From contig CBDAFS010000016.1 of assembly GCA_965195285.1 (NCBI GenBank), positions 1-14,132 on the forward strand: 14,132 bases of DNA, written 5' to 3'. Numbering within the stretch: the first letter of the stretch is position 1; each line of letters opens with the position of its first letter. Positions 8,837-14,132 of the stretch are shown here, in pieces. The notes beneath the pieces are model-generated. The model was not told where the DNA came from and did no database searches. It worked only from the letters and a program-made list of their open reading frames with translations. Source of the DNA: an uncultured Aminicenantes bacterium (lineage in GTDB: Bacteria > Acidobacteriota > Aminicenantia > UBA2199). The position numbers and the translations under genes were made by a program.

Positions 8837-9100
8837 TCAGCGGCGAAAATTTCGTCCCCGGCGGGGAGCCGGGGGTTTGGCCTCATTGACCTTTAACTGG
8901 CGGTCCTTGAAATCAAAACCATCCAGTTTTTCCTTGGCGTTTTCGGCTTCGGCCTGGGTGGACATTTCCACAAAACCGAACCCCTTGCCTTCTATTAACT
9001 TAACACTTTCGATGCTGCCGTATTCTGAAAACAACGTTTCAATATCTTTGTTAGTGGTTGTATAATGCAGATTGCCAACATAGAGCTTACTGCCGTGCAT
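8837..9100 (-). CDS. RRM (RNP-1) RNA-binding protein
   Basis: RNP2 KLYVGNL, RNP1 KGFGFVEM, LKVNEAKP and an Arg-rich tail. GAGGAGG ribosome-binding site. Confidence 0.95.
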   Translation of the reverse strand: MHGSKLYVGNLHYTTTNKDIETLFSEYGSIESVKLIEGKGFGFVEMSTQAEAENAKEKLDGFDFKDRQLKVNEAKPPAPRRGRNFRR

Positions 9101-9147
9101 TCGGACCTCCTCGACCCATTCTTCATCAGCTTCCGGGATGAAAAGTT

Positions 9148-9176
9148 ATTATAACATAGAGATTCTCTGAGGTAAA
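9148..9176 (-). promoter_or_regulatory. Extended -10 promoter for the RRM gene
   Basis: TGtTATAAT, with the hexamer at 9153-9148. A weak -35 TTTACC lies 17 bp upstream. Confidence 0.65.
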
Positions 9177-9268
9177 GAGTTAGGTAAAGGTAAAGTCAAA
9201 GGTAAATGAAAGACGTAATTGGTAATTCGTGAATAGTAATTGGTAATTAGTGATTGGTAATTCGGTTG

Positions 9269-9346
9269 TTACTTTCTCACTGTCTCACCTTTTCACTTTC
9301 TCACCTAAATCTGAGGTAAAGAAAAGACGAAAGTCGTAATTGGTGA
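9269..9346 (+). repeat. 78-bp direct repeat, copy 1
   Basis: Matches 10674-10751 at 75 of 78 positions. Confidence 0.92.
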
Positions 9347-9371
9347 CTGGTGGCTGCCATCCCAAATCCCC

Positions 9372-10539
9372 CTACTCCTTCTTCCGGGTATAAACCATAT
9401 CCCCGGAATGCAGATAAATCCGGTCGCCGCCCATAAGCATTCTTATATTTGAAAAGACAACCGGAAGGCTCCTGGAGCGGATCAGATCCGGTCCGTTGTT
9501 TACGGAAAAATGGAGATGGGGCTCGGTGCTGTTGCCCGAATGGCCCACCGAGGCGATCACCTGTCCCTGTTCCACCCGTTCTCCCTTTTGTACCCGGATG
9601 CTACCCTGTTTCAGATGTCCATAAAACGAATATTCCCGGTCGCTGTGCCGGATGACAATGGTATTGCCGGAGATGCCTGCCGGATTTTCTTTCAGAAATT
9701 TCATCTGGGTCACGGCCACCCGGGCGTCGTAGGCCTCATCGGATTCACCCGCTCTCTTCAACGAACGATTGTCGTCGGCCAAACCGGCCAGAGCCCGCAC
9801 CACTTCTCCGCCGGCAACCGCCACCACCTCCCGGTTGAAACAGTAATAGTCCTCAACCCGTTCACCGGTTCCTTGAAAGGTTTTGCCAGCGGTGCCCGCT
9901 CAGAGCATCGCCCGACGATGCTACATACCAGGTTCCCCGAACCGGAAATATATAGGTATTGGCCTGCTCATATTTGCTCACTTCCAACCGGATCTCGGCC
10001 TTCACCGGCTTTCCGTCCGGCCGTTTACCCGAAAATCGAATGATCACTCCGTCGGGCATTCCCCGGAAGGTCAGATAGTGCCACATGGACAGGATTCCAG
10101 TGTTGGGCTGCAGTTCAGTGGACGGAGACAGCCGGTCGCCCTCCTTCATCATCCGGCTGATGCCCAGAAAGGGATCGTATAATTTCAATAATCCCTTGCT
10201 CTCAAAAGCCTGCATCCGCCCGGCCGACTGCTCGAGATCCCGGCGGCTGGTATAAACCGACTGAAGAACCTGTTGGTCATCGACCGGTTCGATCACCAGC
10301 TTTTCCAGGGTGACGGACGCGCCGGACCGGTTGAGGCAGATGATATTCTGAATCAACAGATTGTAATAACCCCGCCGGCTGTTGGTTTCAAACAGGTAAA
10401 CCCGCTTTTCCGGACTGGTCCGGATCTCCAGGGCCGGTTCCCCCCCAGCCAAAAAGGGGCTGAACAATAGAAGAACCATCAACAACCAAATTCCCTGATC
10501 TTTGACACGTATTGGAAAAAATCGTTTTAGTTTTATCAT
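9372..10539 (-). pseudogene. M23-family metallopeptidase, frameshifted near 9886
   Basis: The 5' ORF has a signal peptide and FPVRGTWYV...GHRW. It continues in another frame as GKTFQGTGERVEDYYCFNREVVAVAGG...GNTIVIRH...YGHLKQGS...GHSGNSTEPHLHF, which carries the M23 HxH motif. CAGGAG ribosome-binding site upstream of 10539. Confidence 0.85.
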
Positions 10540-10673
10540 TTCGACTCCTGTTAATACCTACGTTCTCTGAAGTAATAAAGTTGATGAATTATCCAATTTG
10601 AGGTAAAGATAAAGGTAAAGAAAAAGTTGAATTTAGGGTCTAGTGGCTTGTGAATGGTGACTCTCTCACCGTC

Positions 10674-10751
10674 TTACTTTATCACTGTCTCACCTTTTCA
10701 CTTTCTCACCTAAATCTGAGGTAAAGGAAAGACGAAAATCGTAATTGGTGA
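10674..10751 (+). repeat. 78-bp direct repeat, copy 2
   Basis: Matches 9269-9346 at 75 of 78 positions. Confidence 0.92.
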
Positions 10752-10829
10752 TTAGTAAAGTGTGAAGTTCGGAAATCGGATTTCGGGATTGGGGCCCGGG
10801 GGCCAGAAGCTGAGGTAAAGGTCCTCCCC

Positions 10830-10858
10830 TTGAAATCCAATAAAAAATATGATATACT
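10830..10858 (+). promoter_or_regulatory. Sigma70 promoter for csp at 10969
   Basis: TTGAAA-17 bp-TATACT with an extended TG. AT-rich 5' UTR of about 105 nt. Confidence 0.7.
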
Positions 10859-10968
10859 TATTTTTAAGAAAATAAGGGAGAGAATTTTTTATTCACAGTA
10901 ACTCAGTTTACCTTGCTTAATCAATTCATCCATTATTTATTTGAAATCTAAAAAGGAGGAACTTGATT

Positions 10969-11172
10969 ATGCCAAAAGGTAAAGTTAAATGGTTTGACAA
11001 CAGCAAAGGCTACGGCTTTATCCAGAGTGAAGACGGTAATGATGTGTTTGTTCATTATTCTGAAGTTCAGGGCGATGATTATCGCAAATCTTTGGATGAA
11101 GATCAAGAAGTTGGATTCTCGATCAAGCAGGGTCCCAAGGGCGACCAGGCTGCCAACGTCGTTAAATTGTAA
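10969..11172 (+). CDS. csp: Cold-shock domain protein (CspA family)
   Basis: GKVKWF, KGYGFI and VFVHYS motifs. The leader AAGGAGGAACTTGATT-ATG is identical to that of the csp at 8182. Confidence 0.96.
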   Translation: MPKGKVKWFDNSKGYGFIQSEDGNDVFVHYSEVQGDDYRKSLDEDQEVGFSIKQGPKGDQAANVVKL

Positions 11173-11195
11173 AATCTAACCGACAACAATAAAGG

Positions 11196-11240
11196 GGCCC
11201 GGGAATATCCGTCAAACGATATCCCGGGCCTTTTTTTTTT
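11196..11240 (+). terminator. Rho-independent terminator
   Basis: GGCCCGGGA...TCCCGGGCC stem followed by ten T, directly downstream of the csp gene. Confidence 0.9.
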
Positions 11241-11283
11241 GCCTGCGCCAAATCCTCACGGGCGTAACAAACCATCTCCGGAT

Positions 11284-11889
11284 TTAAGAATTTTCCAGAA
11301 TGATATCGCCGGCTATACAGACCGCCTTTTTAATAACTTCCATACATTTGTTGTTTTTTTGCGATGCTTCCATGAATAACTTTTTTTCTTCCGGATTGAG
11401 GAAATCATAAGAGCGCCCATATTGATGCTTCAATACTCCCTTGCATCTGGTTGAGCCAAATGCGTTAGTAAATCTATCAAAAAACAATCCTGCATATTTA
11501 AGTGAGGAACCGGCCTTTGCCATTTCCTGTTGATTGTTTGGTTCGAACACAAATCCCATGGCGAGTAAAGATCCGGATACAGCCCCGCAGGTCTCTCCTC
11601 TCATGGCAACCCCGCCGGTGAAGGGCATCAGGGCCCGGAGTGCTTGATCGCCTTTCAGTTTGAATTGTTCATTCAGCGCGGCAAAACTGCCGACAGCACA
11701 GCTTCTGTACATGGGCATGTATTTAACTGCCTTTTCCTCAAGTTCCTTTAATATTTCTTCTTTTGGTTTATCCCCTTTTTCAGCCATCACCCCGGATATG
11801 ATTCCCGGAAATGCCAGTAAGGCCAAACCGGCCGTACACCCGGCACTCTTGCAGAAAAATGTCCGCCGGTCCATTGTTTTCTGATCCAT
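11284..11889 (-). CDS. C-GCAxxG-C-C family putative redox protein with a twin-arginine signal
   Basis: SCA, GETCGAVSG, STRC and KC cysteines. Start set at 11889 from GGAGGAGG. DRRTFF followed by a hydrophobic stretch resembles a Tat signal. Confidence 0.85.
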   Translation of the reverse strand: MDQKTMDRRTFFCKSAGCTAGLALLAFPGIISGVMAEKGDKPKEEILKELEEKAVKYMPMYRSCAVGSFAALNEQFKLKGDQALRALMPFTGGVAMRGETCGAVSGSLLAMGFVFEPNNQQEMAKAGSSLKYAGLFFDRFTNAFGSTRCKGVLKHQYGRSYDFLNPEEKKLFMEASQKNNKCMEVIKKAVCIAGDIILENS

Positions 11890-12068
11890 GCGTTCCTCCT
11901 CCAAGTATTTTACTGTTTCGTATACGAAATGGGAAGGGGCAGAGTTCAAAACGCTTAAATATATGGCACCCAACCATAGTTCAAAGCTCAGTTTCCGGAG
12001 GTCGGGGATCGGAGGTCGGAGATAGATATTAATGCCGGGAGATGCTGTTCATTCAGCATTTAATAATG

Positions 12069-12261
12069 ATACCAGCCGTTCATGATACGCTCGCCCGTCC
12101 GGTAATTGACCGGAATACGAACTCGTCTCACTCAAAATGTCCAACTCGGCCTTCGGCCTCAGACAGAGACATTTTGCCCCCTGAAGACGGGAAGGTTCGA
12201 CTCGTTCTCGCCGGCACCCAATTCCCTCCCTGAGGCTCGCGTTACCATGAACGGCTGCTAT
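12069..12261. repeat. Long nested-palindrome element (MITE/REPIN-like or structured RNA)
   Basis: Perfect 12-bp inverted repeat CAGCCGTTCATG 12073-84 with 12246-57. Inner stems TCCGGT/ACCGGA, CAAAATGTC/GACATTTTG and GGCC-TTC-GGCC. Confidence 0.6.
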
Positions 12262-12375
12262 TTTATCTAATTGAATGCCGGGTGACTGGGTGAGGGAACG
12301 TAAACGGAGGGGATGGGCACCATCGCATATGGGGCTGCGTCAAAACCTCCGATCCCCGAACTCCGACCTCCGAAA

Positions 12376-13644
12376 CTATTGTATGGTCAACACATGGGGG
12401 ACTTCCCAGTTCTCGGAGTGGAAGCGAGTGTCGTACTCCAGCTTTTTCAGATCGGCCCGGGAGGTCCAGATGGAGAGGGTGGTTCCGAATCTCGCCTGGA
12501 TCGAGCAGACTACCTCCCAGAATTCCTCCATGTTGGTTACTCCCAGGGCGCACAGATCCGTGGCCCGGCGGAAGCGGGTGCAATTTTGATACAGGTAGTC
12601 CGGCCCCTCCAGAAAGGCGGTGTTGGTCATCACCTGGTAGCATTCCGTGGTAGGAAACACGTGGAGTTTCTTATCCCGGTCAAACTCGATCACCACCGAT
12701 CGCCCGGAAGCATCGGCGATGAGGAAGTGCTGCAGCTCGTCCGGAAACCAGATCCTGACCTTCCGGATCAGGGCCAGGGCCTCTTCCACGGTAGCGCAGC
12801 AGTCCAGGATCACCCGGATCAGGCGGGGCGAGCAGATGGCCGCCACCTGGGGATAGGGCTCCTCGTCGTAACTGGTGTACTCCGGGGGTAAAATATTGCT
12901 GGCAATGGCCATGAACAGGCCCCTCTCGTTGATGCCGTCCATGATCTTGTTCTGCAGCTGGTAGCAGGTCATGCCCACCGAGCGGTAAACCCCGCTCAGG
13001 TTGGAGACCACCTGGAAGTGGGGCCGGTCGTCGTAGATGTCGAAGTTTCTTCCCGTCAGCATGCGCTGCTCTTCTTCTATATAATAGGAGATCACGCTGC
13101 AATTTTCCGTTGAGGTCGAGGAGGTGAAGCGGGTCAGTCTCAGGAAGTCGTCGTAGCGGAAAAGCTCCCACCAGAGCCGGCCGGCGAACCAGTCCTCGAT
13201 GTTGCGCAGGTCCAGATTCTCCAGATTCTGGGAATAAGCCCAGGCAATGCCCCGGGCCCGTTCCAGGAAGGGGGGAAAGAATTTCCCATACATCGCCTCA
13301 ATTTTTTCGTTGATCTCCCGGCTTTCCTCGGTGCGCAGGGTGGGATAAATGCCCTGCTTACGGGCCATCAGCCCCAGCCACTTGCCCACATCCCGGTAAC
13401 TGCCCTGAAAAGTGATCTTCTTGGGAAAAAGCCCCGGCGAGATCTCCTCGTAAATAGCCACGTTTTTCCCCAGCTCGGCATTGGTATTGGCCAGAAATAC
13501 TTTAAACAGGTCATCATAGGTTTCATACAGTTCCCGGATTTCCTGCTCCCGGGCCTCCCTCTCATCCTGATTCCGGCTCCAGGAGGTTTCGCAAAAGCAC
13601 AGGGTTAGGGTCAGTAAAATAATTAATATATATTTTTTTGTCAT
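12376..13644 (-). CDS. Secreted Ntn-fold cysteine hydrolase (C45 acyltransferase / linear amide C-N hydrolase-like)
   Basis: Signal peptide. Internal nucleophile-type ENCSVI followed by LTGRNFD, DGINERGL, HFLIADASG and MTN. Confidence 0.85.
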   Translation of the reverse strand: MTKKYILIILLTLTLCFCETSWSRNQDEREAREQEIRELYETYDDLFKVFLANTNAELGKNVAIYEEISPGLFPKKITFQGSYRDVGKWLGLMARKQGIYPTLRTEESREINEKIEAMYGKFFPPFLERARGIAWAYSQNLENLDLRNIEDWFAGRLWWELFRYDDFLRLTRFTSSTSTENCSVISYYIEEEQRMLTGRNFDIYDDRPHFQVVSNLSGVYRSVGMTCYQLQNKIMDGINERGLFMAIASNILPPEYTSYDEEPYPQVAAICSPRLIRVILDCCATVEEALALIRKVRIWFPDELQHFLIADASGRSVVIEFDRDKKLHVFPTTECYQVMTNTAFLEGPDYLYQNCTRFRRATDLCALGVTNMEEFWEVVCSIQARFGTTLSIWTSRADLKKLEYDTRFHSENWEVPHVLTIQ

Positions 13645-13682
13645 TTTATATATAATACGGATTTCAGAGCTTTAATTGGAGA

Positions 13683-13944
13683 TTGTCAGGGAGAGCTCTC
13701 TTTAGTTTGTCATTAAGAACTATCAGAGCTTGTCATTAAGAACTTTACTGAGTTGGTCATTACATCTCTCTGAAACTTGTCAGGAAGGGATGAATTGAGC
13801 TTGTCATAATAGATCTTTTTGTCTTGTCATTACGACTCTTATGAATTTGTCATTGAAGCTCTATGTAAATTGTCATTGAAATTCAAAAAAGCTTGTCATT
13901 ACAGATCAAAAAAATTTGTCATAACAACTCTCTTTATATTGTCA
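13683..13944. repeat. Phased array of 12 TTGTCA(T/G) boxes with 23-24 bp period and variable spacers
   Basis: Boxes start at 13683, 13707, 13730, 13754 (TGGTCA), 13777, 13801, 13824, 13847, 13870, 13893, 13916 and 13939. Confidence 0.92.
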
Positions 13945-14004
13945 GAAAAAGAATTATTTACAAGCTCGGTTAGCTCTTTATGGCAATCTCCAGTAATCAC
14001 TTAA

Positions 14005-14100
14005 TGACAAGAACTGTTGAGCTCTTCCTGACGTTCACATAGTGAACTTATGACGCAACCTTCGGTTGCTAATGACGCTCACGAAGTGAGCAAATGACAA
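14005..14100. repeat. Inverted-orientation TGAC boxes separated by triloop hairpins
   Basis: TGAC at 14005, 14029, 14051, 14073 and 14095. The last three intervals each hold a perfect 6-bp stem with a 3-nt loop. Confidence 0.88.
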
Positions 14101-14132
14101 GTTCGATTAGATATTAAATAGGCTGGTCATTA

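Noticed and set aside
9876-9888. Programmed ribosomal frameshift in the M23 gene
   Set aside because: There is no canonical slippery heptamer, and a conserved segment appears to be missing, so recoding would not restore a full protein.
11890-11973. N-terminal extension of the C-GCAxxG-C-C ORF given in the ORF track
   Set aside because: A strong GGAGGAGG precedes the ATG at 11889, which also places the twin-arginine motif near the N-terminus.
12031-12282. AATGCCGGG at 12031 and 12274 as a target-site duplication
   Set aside because: The copies do not abut the inverted repeats and lie at unequal distances from them, so chance is plausible.
287-13565. Long antisense or alternate-frame ORFs (e.g. 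1022-1873, 5339-5938, 9510-10043, 12313-12891, 12680-13171)
   Set aside because: They overlap well-supported genes, show no recognisable motifs, and are the expected shadows of GC-biased codon usage.
13819-14004. 61-aa ORF across the array
   Set aside because: TTG start without a ribosome-binding site. The 23-bp period is not a multiple of three, so the repeat is not protein-driven.
13683-14100. CRISPR array or Pho boxes
   Set aside because: The conserved part is only about 6-9 bp with a 23-bp period, far below CRISPR repeat-plus-spacer size, and no cas genes are in view. PhoB-type TGTCA boxes repeat every 11 bp, and the intermediate sites are missing here.

Overview
The window comes from a diderm bacterium. 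The left part (1-4639) is a compact + strand envelope operon: the 3' end of a TamB-like gene, a long Omp85 (BamA/TamA-type) gene, a SurA-N-like protein and a YhaM-type OB/HD nuclease. A small zinc-knuckle membrane protein and a CBM9/DUF5916-type outer-membrane protein follow. The middle (7.3-11.3 kb) is an RNA-chaperone cluster with three cold-shock genes, an RRM protein and a small basic protein, interrupted by an M23 peptidase gene broken by an apparent out-of-frame deletion and flanked by 78-bp direct repeats. On the right are a Tat-signal C-GCAxxG-C-C protein and a C45-like Ntn hydrolase. The most interesting signals are non-coding. (1) A ~130-nt structured RNA-like element occurs twice, plus a 5' fragment, with compensatory base changes between the copies. 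(2) A phased array of 12 TTGTCA boxes at 23-24 bp spacing is followed by an inverted set of TGAC boxes at 22-bp spacing, each separated by a different perfect triloop hairpin; this runs to the window edge. (3) A ~190-bp nested-palindrome element is bracketed by inverted heptamer repeats. (4) Intergenic patches of 6/7/8-mer repeats share a strand-polarised CTGAGGTAAAG motif. All family assignments come from motif recognition by eye; no searches were run.
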